Below, one piece after another: positions 8,442 through 17,500 of a stretch of 20,198 nt of DNA; the stretch's first letter is position 1; each line of letters starts with the position of its first letter. Below the pieces are notes generated by a model. The model saw only the letters and a list, made by a program, of their open reading frames with translations. It did no database searches and was not told the DNA's origin. The stretch is taken from assembly GCA_045597865.1 (NCBI GenBank), contig JAZLKX010000003.1:1-20198 (forward strand), given 5' to 3'. The translations under genes were made by a program, and so were the position numbers. The stretch is from Bacilli bacterium. Its GTDB lineage: Bacteria > Bacillota_I > Bacilli_A > RFN20 > CAG-826.

Positions 8442-9327
8442 ATAGCCATTCACCCATTTCAAAGTCACACTTGTCGTCATCCATGATGAGTGTGCCTTTT
8501 GCTGGAGTGAAGGTTAATTCTGAGAAAAAAATCTTTCCGTTGATGTTATATAAATCGACTCTGACAAATGGGAATCTTTTTCCTAAAATCTCCGCGATTT
8601 CGCGCATATTTTCGAAATTTATTGGGGATTTTGGTGCGATTTCGGATTTCTTCCAACCATTGAATTGAGAGCCATCAAATGGTTTCCAATCAATGTAGAA
8701 GTTGTCATATCGAATGTCTTTTCCGCGACTTGAAACAACATAGAGAGATTTAGCTTTTCCATTAAAGACATGGATTTTATATTCAACTGGAAGTGAGTCT
8801 AATTTACCAATGTATTTCTCGATAATAATTCTTGGCTTAATTTTGGAGTAGTGGAGTTCAACGGTTTTCTTTCCGTAATTTGTTTTTAACCATTTATTGA
8901 ACTTTGCGCGTAATTCTTTCTTATTAATATTGTTCTTATTCAAAACAATTTCGTTAAAAGCACAAGCGTGGGTGCACTTCATAACAAATTGATCTGGAAG
9001 TTCATCAAAATTAATTTCATCAAAGGAATCATAGATGCCATAAATAGGAATTAAGATTTCTTCAAGTCCATTTTCTTTTACAAACTCTCTAGCGCCATCT
9101 CTAGAAGCACATTTGATTACAAGTTCATCTTTCGGATAAGTAAACAATCTTAGATATTGAAGTTTTTCTGTATATCTAACTGGTTTCTCAAGATTTAGTT
9201 TGTGGTGAGTGATGTATTTATATTGCATCTTCACATAACAAACAGGAGAAATCTTTTTAATTAATCCACGAAAAGGAAGAGCAATTGCTCTCTTAAATTT
9301 GTTTTCTTTCAAATTTTGATTTCTCAT
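8434..9327 (-). CDS. TupA-like ATP-grasp amidoligase family protein
   Basis: LNL..P..YTEKLQYL, LPDQFVMKCTH, PRIIIEKYI, YKIHVFNGK and FPFVRVDLY....KIFFSELTFTP are typical of ATPgrasp_TupA proteins. Confidence 0.9.
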   Translation of the reverse strand: MRNQNLKENKFKRAIALPFRGLIKKISPVCYVKMQYKYITHHKLNLEKPVRYTEKLQYLRLFTYPKDELVIKCASRDGAREFVKENGLEEILIPIYGIYDSFDEINFDELPDQFVMKCTHACAFNEIVLNKNNINKKELRAKFNKWLKTNYGKKTVELHYSKIKPRIIIEKYIGKLDSLPVEYKIHVFNGKAKSLYVVSSRGKDIRYDNFYIDWKPFDGSQFNGWKKSEIAPKSPINFENMREIAEILGKRFPFVRVDLYNINGKIFFSELTFTPAKGTLIMDDDKCDFEMGEWLSI

Positions 9328-9386
9328 CTTGCTAATAAGTATAGATAACTATTTTGTTTTAATCAAACAAGATATGTAATAGAATT

Positions 9387-9734
9387 ATGACTATGAAGAA
9401 CGCCGCAAAGTTTTGGTTAAATTATCTGTTCGCTTTCTTTGGAATTGCTATTCTTGTCGGAACAGGAATCTTGATTTACAAAGTAATTGGTGAACCTGAG
9501 TGGCCTTTAAGATATACATTTTTCTTTATGATGTTTGGGGGCGTTGTTTTTATTGGAATCGGTTTTATCAGCCAAGACTTATATCGTGGATGGAAAAGAC
9601 ACAAACTCCACGATTGGGACAATCCTTTACCAGAAGAAGTTATTAATAAAGCTTGGAGTATTTTCTATCCACTTCTAACTTCTGGATTATTAACATTTTT
9701 GGCAGGACTTATCGCATATTTGTTCACTAAATAA
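9387..9734 (+). CDS. Small membrane protein (3 TMs)
   Basis: Three hydrophobic helices in 115 aa. Divergent from the ATP-grasp gene. Confidence 0.75.
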   Translation: MTMKNAAKFWLNYLFAFFGIAILVGTGILIYKVIGEPEWPLRYTFFFMMFGGVVFIGIGFISQDLYRGWKRHKLHDWDNPLPEEVINKAWSIFYPLLTSGLLTFLAGLIAYLFTK

Positions 9735-9743
9735 AATTTAGTA

Positions 9744-9772
9744 TTCACAAGGTTAGATATTTATATTAAAAT
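9744..9772 (+). promoter_or_regulatory. Sigma-A promoter of giant lipoprotein 1
   Basis: TTCACA (9744-9749), 17 nt, TAAAAT (9767-9772). The same geometry recurs before lipoprotein 2. Predicted TSS ~9779. Confidence 0.7.
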
Positions 9773-9778
9773 ATAATC

Positions 9779-9860
9779 AACCTTATGATTTACGAAACAA
9801 ATTCCGTCGTAAACACTAAGCGCAACATTGCGTGCTAGTGTTCATACGGATTTTTTTGTA
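9779..9860 (+). promoter_or_regulatory. Structured 5' leader / putative attenuator, copy 1 (contains leader ORF 9785-9838, MIYETNSVVNTKRNIAC)
   Basis: TTTACGA (9789-95) / TCGTAAA (9807-13) stem competes with a long stem TCCGT/ACGGA, AACACTA/TAGTGTT, GCGCAA/TTGCGT followed by T7. Conserved in copy 2. Confidence 0.75.
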
Positions 9861-9888
9861 TGTCTAAGAACAAAAAGGAGGAAAAATA

Positions 9889-12800
9889 ATGAAAAGAAAA
9901 TCATTATTACTAATCATTCCATTTGCGGCTGTAGGCCTAGCAGGATGTGGACAAAACAAACCAGATCCAAATCCACCAGCACAGCAATGTGACACTGCAA
10001 CTTTCTCTATTGAAACTGAAGGAGTTAAGTCGGTATTAACATTTGGCGAAACACTTCAACTAGTTGGAAAAAGCAATGTAGACAATTGTACCGCAACTTG
10101 GTCATCATCAGCTTCAGACATTGTTGATGTAGATGACAACGGTTTAGTCACAGCAGGCGAAAAAGAAGGAACAGCCACAATTTATTATGGTGGCGAAAGC
10201 GGAGGAAAGATTACATTTATTGTTTCCGCTAAAGAAATCAATGAGTACACACCAGAACGAGTCATTGCAATGTGTGATGAAGCGGGCTCAGGCGTTGTAG
10301 TTGATGAAGAACTCATTGTCGTTGGTGTTGTTGCATCAGGTTCAACACACGATGACAACGGTTGGAACGGACAATTTGAAGGAAGCGACCTAAAATTTAG
10401 TTCTGTAAGAACCACAGAAGACTATGGTTCATCCATTGATGGTTGTACAGTCAAAATTCAAGGTTATGCAGAATTATACAATGGTTCATATAAGATTGGC
10501 TATTTGCCAGCTGCATCATCACCAACAAAAGAAAAATACAATCCAACCCTTATTTCTGTAACAAGACCACAAGGAAAAGAGGTTGTTGAAGTTGTTAGCG
10601 TTGCAAGCGCACCATCATCAGTTGTGGTTGGTGGAACAGTTTCTGCTTCAAGTGTTAAACTAAATATTAAGTATTCAGATGAATCATCTGGAGTTATTCC
10701 TGCCACTAAAGTTGAAGTTATTACTTCAGTAGCAGCAGATTCTGTTGAAGGAAAAGCTTGGTACAACGATCTTGGACCTGTAACATTTAATATAAAAGTC
10801 GTTGCTCAAGGCCAAGCAGTCTATGGCACAGAAGACGATCCAATTTCCGTCTCACAAGCAATTGATACAATGACAATCGATTGCCCAGCTTCTAACAATT
10901 TAACAAAACAAGCAATGTATTGTGTTGGTACAGTTAAAGAAATTAAAAATGTTTACCATTATGAAGATGATATTGGTTCAGATTGTTTTGAACTAGTACT
11001 TACTGATGGCACAAAGGATGTAATTGTATATAGATTGCATTCCACTGACGATCTTAAAGATCAAGTTGCTGAAGGAAACGAAATTAAGATTTGTGGTTAC
11101 GGCAAAAATTACAATGGCACATTAGAATTTGTTGATAATGGGGCAACTAAATGCACTTTATTAGACAACAGCGCTCCAGATCCAGAAAAACAAGTGGTTG
11201 AAGTTTTAGGTGTTAAGAGTCACCCGGAAACAGTTGTTGTCGGCGGAACAATCGCTGCAAGTTCAGTTGTTTTAAATGTTAAATTAAATGACGGAAGCGA
11301 AACAACAAAACCAGCAACTAGAGTCGAATGTAATACACAAGTAGCAGCAGATTCAGTTGAAGCAACTGCATGGTACAATGAAGTTGGTTCTGCGAAATTC
11401 AATATTAAAGTTGTTGCTCAAGGCCAAGCGGTCTATGGCACAGAAGACGATCCAATTTCTGTCTCACAAGCAATTGATACAATGACAATTGATTGCCCAG
11501 CTTCTAACAATTTAACAAAACAAGCAATGTATTGTGTTGGCACAGTTAAAGAAATTAAAAATGTTTACCATTATGAAGATGATATTGGTTCAGATTGTTT
11601 TGAACTAGTACTCACTGATGGCACAAAGGATGTAATTGTATATAGATTACATGCAACCGACGATCTTAAAGATCAAGTTGCTGAAGGAAACGAAATTAAG
11701 ATTTGTGGTTACGGCAAAAATTACAATGGCACATTAGAATTTGTTGATAATGGCGCAACCAAATGTACATTATTGAATAACGGAACCCCAACACCACAAA
11801 AAGAAGTCACCGGCATTACAGCAGCTTCTTATTCAAAAACACTTTATGTTGGTGGAACAATTGCAGCAGCAGATGTTACATTGACAGTCACTTATTCTGA
11901 TGGAACATCAGGTTCTGTTAAAGCTCAAAATGTTGATGGTTATAGTACAGCATCTGCTGGTAATACAACCGCAACAGCCTACTATGGAACATTTACAAAA
12001 GAGTTCGTTGTCGAAGTTAAAGAAAAACCTGCTCCATCTGGAGATTCATTCAATCTTGTTAAATCAAACGAAGATATCTCTGAAGGACAGTATTTAATTG
12101 TCTATGGCAGCAAATCATTTAATGGTGTTGATAAAACAGCAAACTATGCAACAGTTGAAGTTGCTGATGAATCAATCGAAGCTAGCGACACACTTGTTTA
12201 TGTTGAATTTGAAAAAATGAGTGGAGGCTATGCAATTAAAGTTGTTGGTGGCGATAATGATAGCAAATACATCTACGGACAATCAGGACAAAACAAACTT
12301 TTATTTGATGCAAACCAAAAACTTAACACAATAAGCGTTAGTGATGACGGCAAAGCAACAATTGTATCTGAAACATCAATTTTGAAATTTAATACTAATA
12401 CAGGTACTTCAGATGATCGTTTCAGATATTATAAGTCAACGAACACAGACGAAAAAATGGCTTTACCATCTCTTTATAAAATGGGAACACCTGCGCCTAA
12501 AAAAGAAATAACAAGTGTTGAACTTCAAGGCACATTAGCAAAGAGTTCTTATATTGCTGGACAAACATTTGATCCTGAAGGTTTGAGCGTTAAGGTAAAC
12601 TATAGTGATACAACATCAGAAGTTGTTACTTCTGGTTTTACATTCAATGTTGTTAATCCATTAGCAGTTGGTGAATTCGATCTTAAAGCAACCTATCAAG
12701 GACACACAACAGAAGGTTCCGTTCATATTAGTGTTGTAGCCAAGGAACTCGTTTCAATTGCAATAACACACGGTATGAATAAAACCGCATATCAAGTTGA

Positions 12801-14343
12801 TGATGAATGGGATGCAACCGGCATTGTTGTTCAAGGAACATATAATGATGGCGACATTCAAACAATTGCATCAACAAGCTACGAATTATCATTTGATCCA
12901 ATTAAAGCAACAGGCACAGACGTTACTTCTGTAAATATCGTTGCTACAATGAATGCTGGTGAAGAAATTTCTTCACAAGCTTATCCACAAACAGTTACAG
13001 TTCAAACTGAACCAGTACCTGAACCAGTATTAGATTCAATTTCAGTTGATGCATCAAAAGCAAAAACAACATACACTGAAGGTGAATCAGTTGTTAAAGA
13101 TGGCTTAGTTGTTACCGCTCATTATACAAATGGTGGTGAAGATAAAGTTCTTCAAGCAGCTGAATATTCTGTTTCTCCATCAGGTGCATTAACTACTGAA
13201 GATAAAACAGTTACAGTTTCGTATGAAGGCAAATCAAATACATACGCTATCACCGTTAATCCAAAAAGCGAGGAAAAGGGCACTGAAGACAATCCATTTA
13301 CTGCAGATGAAGCTTATGCTTATGCTGAATCATTAGGTAGTGGTGTTACTTCAACAAATGATTACTGGGTAAAAGGTGCAGTTACAAAAATTGAATCTGC
13401 ATTCAGTTCTGAATTCAAGAATATTACTTTACAATTAACAACCAGCGCAGGAAAAGTGTTCAAGCTTTATAGAGTCACTACAACTCAAGCAGAAGCAGAC
13501 ACCATTTCTGTCGGAACAATTGTTACTGTTAAAGGCAAAATTACAAATTACAACGGTACAACAATGGAAACAGCAGCCGGCGCAGTATTTACTGCAGTTG
13601 AAAACAAATTAAGTAATATTGAAATTTCTGGTTCTGCAAAAATTCAAAAAGGAACCAAATCAACCTACACCGCAGTAGCAGTCCCATCTTTAGCTTCATT
13701 AGGTACAGTTACTTGGTCTATTGATTCTGGCGATTCTTACATTTCGTTACCGGAAACAAAGACAGGTTCTTCGATTGAAGTAACAGCAGTTGCTGCAGGT
13801 AATGCTGTTCTTAAAGCAACATGCGGCGACATTAATAAGACATTTGCTATCACCGTTTCTGAAGAAGCAGCAATTGATCCATATGAATGTACCTTTGCAA
13901 AAGACACAAAGGCAAGTTCATACACAGGTACTTCAACTCAAAGTTTAGGAAATATTTCCTGGATTTTAAATGGAAACGCTAGTATAGATAACTATGTTAA
14001 ATTATCATCAGGAACAGCAAATACCACTGCAGATAGATACATTTGTACTCAAACTGCATTCTCCAATCCAGTTACTGTCTTTAGCTTAATAACAGGTGCA
14101 AAAGACGATGCCGCAACAGTTAACTCAATTACACTTACAGTTCACAGTTCTGCAGATGATGCAAAATCTGGTGCAAATGCAATAGAAAGTGTTACAGCTA
14201 CTTGGGTTGCAGACGGAACAATTTCATTTAACAAACCAGCTACAAGCAGTTGGTCAGGAAAATACTTTAGAGTTACATTTAACCTATCTAATACCACAAA
14301 AAATAAAGGTATTATTGTTAAGGGAGCAAAAGTCGAATTCTAA
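9889..14343 (+). CDS. Giant modular surface lipoprotein (Ig-like Big_2/Big_3-type, four OB-fold-like modules, beta-trefoil-like module)
   Basis: Lipobox LAG-C and SD AAGGAGG. Ig-like motifs TWSSS....V.VD.NG.VT and Y..G..FDP.GL.V...Y.D. OB-like modules GTEDDP.SV..AI...V.G.V...YNG. Confidence 0.9.
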   Translation: MKRKSLLLIIPFAAVGLAGCGQNKPDPNPPAQQCDTATFSIETEGVKSVLTFGETLQLVGKSNVDNCTATWSSSASDIVDVDDNGLVTAGEKEGTATIYYGGESGGKITFIVSAKEINEYTPERVIAMCDEAGSGVVVDEELIVVGVVASGSTHDDNGWNGQFEGSDLKFSSVRTTEDYGSSIDGCTVKIQGYAELYNGSYKIGYLPAASSPTKEKYNPTLISVTRPQGKEVVEVVSVASAPSSVVVGGTVSASSVKLNIKYSDESSGVIPATKVEVITSVAADSVEGKAWYNDLGPVTFNIKVVAQGQAVYGTEDDPISVSQAIDTMTIDCPASNNLTKQAMYCVGTVKEIKNVYHYEDDIGSDCFELVLTDGTKDVIVYRLHSTDDLKDQVAEGNEIKICGYGKNYNGTLEFVDNGATKCTLLDNSAPDPEKQVVEVLGVKSHPETVVVGGTIAASSVVLNVKLNDGSETTKPATRVECNTQVAADSVEATAWYNEVGSAKFNIKVVAQGQAVYGTEDDPISVSQAIDTMTIDCPASNNLTKQAMYCVGTVKEIKNVYHYEDDIGSDCFELVLTDGTKDVIVYRLHATDDLKDQVAEGNEIKICGYGKNYNGTLEFVDNGATKCTLLNNGTPTPQKEVTGITAASYSKTLYVGGTIAAADVTLTVTYSDGTSGSVKAQNVDGYSTASAGNTTATAYYGTFTKEFVVEVKEKPAPSGDSFNLVKSNEDISEGQYLIVYGSKSFNGVDKTANYATVEVADESIEASDTLVYVEFEKMSGGYAIKVVGGDNDSKYIYGQSGQNKLLFDANQKLNTISVSDDGKATIVSETSILKFNTNTGTSDDRFRYYKSTNTDEKMALPSLYKMGTPAPKKEITSVELQGTLAKSSYIAGQTFDPEGLSVKVNYSDTTSEVVTSGFTFNVVNPLAVGEFDLKATYQGHTTEGSVHISVVAKELVSIAITHGMNKTAYQVDDEWDATGIVVQGTYNDGDIQTIASTSYELSFDPIKATGTDVTSVNIVATMNAGEEISSQAYPQTVTVQTEPVPEPVLDSISVDASKAKTTYTEGESVVKDGLVVTAHYTNGGEDKVLQAAEYSVSPSGALTTEDKTVTVSYEGKSNTYAITVNPKSEEKGTEDNPFTADEAYAYAESLGSGVTSTNDYWVKGAVTKIESAFSSEFKNITLQLTTSAGKVFKLYRVTTTQAEADTISVGTIVTVKGKITNYNGTTMETAAGAVFTAVENKLSNIEISGSAKIQKGTKSTYTAVAVPSLASLGTVTWSIDSGDSYISLPETKTGSSIEVTAVAAGNAVLKATCGDINKTFAITVSEEAAIDPYECTFAKDTKASSYTGTSTQSLGNISWILNGNASIDNYVKLSSGTANTTADRYICTQTAFSNPVTVFSLITGAKDDAATVNSITLTVHSSADDAKSGANAIESVTATWVADGTISFNKPATSSWSGKYFRVTFNLSNTTKNKGIIVKGAKVEF
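10576..11799 (+). repeat. Intragenic tandem duplication, 612-nt (204-aa) period
   Basis: 10786-11163 and 11398-11775 encode 126 aa identical except one S/A change. The preceding Ig halves are more diverged. A third partial unit starts at 11800 in the same register. Confidence 0.95.
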
Positions 14344-14346
14344 TCT

Positions 14347-14395
14347 AAATAAAGATCAACCTCTACGATTAACCTCGTAAGTTGATCTTTTTTTT
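14347..14395 (+). terminator. Intrinsic terminator, conserved 3' element copy 1
   Basis: AAAGATCAAC-ctc-TACGA-ttaacc-TCGTA-a-GTTGATCTTT followed by a T tract. Confidence 0.85.
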
Positions 14396-14447
14396 GTGCA
14401 AAAATTTCGCATGTATGCCCACTAAAATAAAATTAATCAAAAGACAT

Positions 14448-14476
14448 TTCACTTTCTAAGATTTATATCTTATAAT
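14448..14476 (+). promoter_or_regulatory. Sigma-A promoter of giant lipoprotein 2
   Basis: TTCACT (14448-14453), 17 nt, TATAAT (14471-14476). The distance to the conserved leader is the same as in copy 1. Predicted TSS ~14483. Confidence 0.75.
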
Positions 14477-14482
14477 TTAAAT

Positions 14483-14563
14483 AACCTTATGATTTACGAA
14501 ACAATGTTCGTCGTAAACACAAAGTGCATTTAATGCGCATGTTTATTACGGACATTTTTTGTT
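14483..14563 (+). promoter_or_regulatory. Structured 5' leader / putative attenuator, copy 2 (contains leader ORF 14489-14533, MIYETMFVVNTKCI)
   Basis: TTTACGA (14493-99) / TCGTAAA (14511-17) competes with AATGTTCGT/ACGGACATT, GTAAACA/TGTTTAT, GTGCAT/ATGCGC followed by a T tract. Confidence 0.75.
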
Positions 14564-14592
14564 AATTCTTAAGAAAGAAAGAGAGGAAATAT

Positions 14593-17500
14593 ATGAAAAA
14601 GAAATCGATTCTTTTATTTCTCCCGTTAGCTGCCATGGCATTAGCAGGTTGTGGTGATAAGAATCAAAAACCACAATGTGATACAGCAACGGTAAGCCTT
14701 GATAGTCAAGCAATCTCTATTGATATAGGTGAAACAAAAAAGCTTAATGTTACCACCTCTGTTGAGAATTGTGGAGTTACTTGGTCAAGCGATGATCCAG
14801 CCGTTGCAACTGTTGATCAAAATGGTAACGTCACTGGTGTAGGTGGCGGCGAAACATTTGTTTATGCAAAAGTAAACGATCAAAACAATGTTTGCTGTTT
14901 AGTTACAGTTAATGGCGGCCAACCAATTATTCATGCTCAAAGCATCCAATTAGATTCACCATTAAGCTCTAGAATGGAGATGGTGGTTGATGATGAGGTT
15001 GAAATCAACATTACAGTTTTGCCAGAAAACACTACAGACAAAAACGTTACTATTACATCATCAAATCCAAATGTTGTTTTAGTAACAGACTCTGCAACAT
15101 TATTGGCTGTTGGAGATGGCGACGCAAAAATTACCATTACTTCTGATGACGTATCGACTGTAACAGCTGAAATCAACATTACAGTCTTACCAAAAGTGTT
15201 AAAAGCACCAGAAGAAACTGTTGATGGATTGGAATTACTCCATGATGAAGTATTAAATGATGGTGATTTTGTTTATTTTACAGCAATTAATGGAATGAAT
15301 AGCTATGTTATGAAAGCTCATAGTGGAAGCGAAAATAACATTAAACCTGCTGAAAACACCGTTGTTGGTGATAAGTTAGGTGTTAACACACTCGGTCATC
15401 TTTATAGTGTTATTAAAAATGATGACAACACCTATTCGTTTGCCGACTATACAGGCGGTATTGATAAACCAAAATATCTTGCCGCAAAAGGCGGAGCAAA
15501 TAATAATTACCTAAAAACAGACAACGAGATTAAAGATATTTCAAAGTTTAATGTTTCAATTAGTGATGGAAAAGCAAGTATTGTTTGTATTGATGAAGGA
15601 ACGGCTTCAAATACAATAGCATTTAATACAAAAGACTCCATTTTCTCATGCTATCAACCTTCAAAATTGGGTGATAAAGCACCAATTCAAATTTATCGTG
15701 CTGATTCATCACATGATGTACCAGTTACAGCAGTTGAATTTGATGTTGAAGCTTATGAAGTTCCAGTTGATGGTTCAGTAGAAGTTGGAGCACATGTTTA
15801 TCCAAAATTTGCTACAGACCAAGAAATTGAATACTCATTAACTGGTGTTGAACCAAGTGATTCAATCATTCTTGAAGGAAATGTTTTAAAAGCTACTGGA
15901 GTCGGAACAGCTACACTTGTTGCTAGATCAAATAGCGGCAATGTTGAAAATTCAGTTCCAGTTACTAGCTATAACGTCACTCCAATTGTTGAAGATGGTA
16001 TGTATACAATCTCCCACACAAGAGACGGAGTAACATACTATATGATGAATAATGCTGGTAAAGCAGCAATTACTACTGACCAAGATGATGCAACAGTCGT
16101 TGATTTTATTAAAGTAGAACACAAGATTAATACATATAGAATCAAAGTATCTGACAACTCAACAGAATACTTACATGCAGATGATAGTGCTGCTTTAAGC
16201 TTTGTTGAAGGTGTTGAAAATGCTTCAGAGTTTGTTATTGCAGAAGGCACAAAAGAAAGCGGAGCATACGACATTACTATTCAAATCGGTGATGCAATTA
16301 AACACTTAGGAATTCCTTCTCAAGGAAAACTCGAGGAGTTTAAGCTTTATGCAAATGCTTCAACAGAAAATACAGATTTAACTCCAGGCGTTGTTAAACA
16401 CTTGACAGGTATTACTGTTGATACCGAACCAACCAAGTTAGAATACTTTGTTGGACAAGCTTTAGACACAACGGGTATGGTCGTTACTGCTCATTTTGAT
16501 AACGAAACAGATAGAGTAATTACAGACTACGATGTAAGTGATGCCCCATTTGAAGAAGCCGGTGAAGCAGTTGTTGTCACCGTTAACTACAAAGGTTTCA
16601 ATGATACATTTACTGTTTTAGTTAAAGAACGTAGCTTGCTAAGTATTGCAATCGACGGCGATATGGATAATAAGAATTACCAAAGAACCGAATCCTTTGA
16701 TCCAACCGGATTACGTGTAATGGGCACATATGATAATGAAGATTATGAAGAAGTTAACGCAGCTCTTTATACATGGTCATATGATCCAGAAAAGGCAAAT
16801 ACAGTTGGTGATAATCAAACAGTCATAGTTACAGCAACAATGAATGCAGGTTCAATCGAACCAGCAATTAAAGCTGTAACCGGTGTTAATGTTTCTAAAT
16901 TACATGTTACTGATGTTGTTATTGCTGGTAATGCAACTCAAATTATTGAAGTTGGCCAAACATTAAGCTTAACAGCTACCGTTAAACCAACTGGTGCAGA
17001 CGATCCACTTGTTGCATTCAGTGCTGAAGAGGGCAAAGAAAGTGTTCTCTCAGTTTCCCAGGACGGTATTGTTACAGCAACAGGGGTTGGTTCAGCAAAA
17101 GTTATTGCAACATCATTGGAAGAAGGTGTTGCAGAACCTGTTACTGATACCGTTACAATTCAAGTTGTTGAAGCATTGCCAAATAATACAACTGATGGTT
17201 TTAGAAAATTCTTAAAATTACAAGATATAACAGAAGGCGCTTCCGTTAAATTCTTTGTTTCCACTACAGGCGGTGCGGTCTATGGTATGGGAAGTAATGA
17301 TGCAGAAGAAGCAAAACATCAACCAGGCGTTGAGTGTCTTGTAGAATCTGAACAAATTGCACCAGCTGCAGAAGTTGCTGAATTCCAAATCGTTACAAAT
17401 GATGATAGTACATACTCATTCTTAAAGGATGGCAAGTATTTATCAGCAGCAGGTGGAGCAACAAACGGATTAAAACTTGTTAGTAAAACACTTGTTGATG

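Noticed and set aside
14351-14390. Integron attC site (AAC...GTT imperfect palindrome after each gene)
   Set aside because: Only 34 nt from GATCAAC to GTTGATC, well below typical attC length. It fits RYYYAAC/GTTRRRY poorly, no integrase is present, the genes have their own promoters, and the T tract fits a terminator.
14489-14533. Leader ORF MIYETMFVVN resembles the N-terminus of ribosomal protein S6
   Set aside because: Too short to be meaningful. Copy 1 has NS instead of MF, and those bases are explained by stem covariation.
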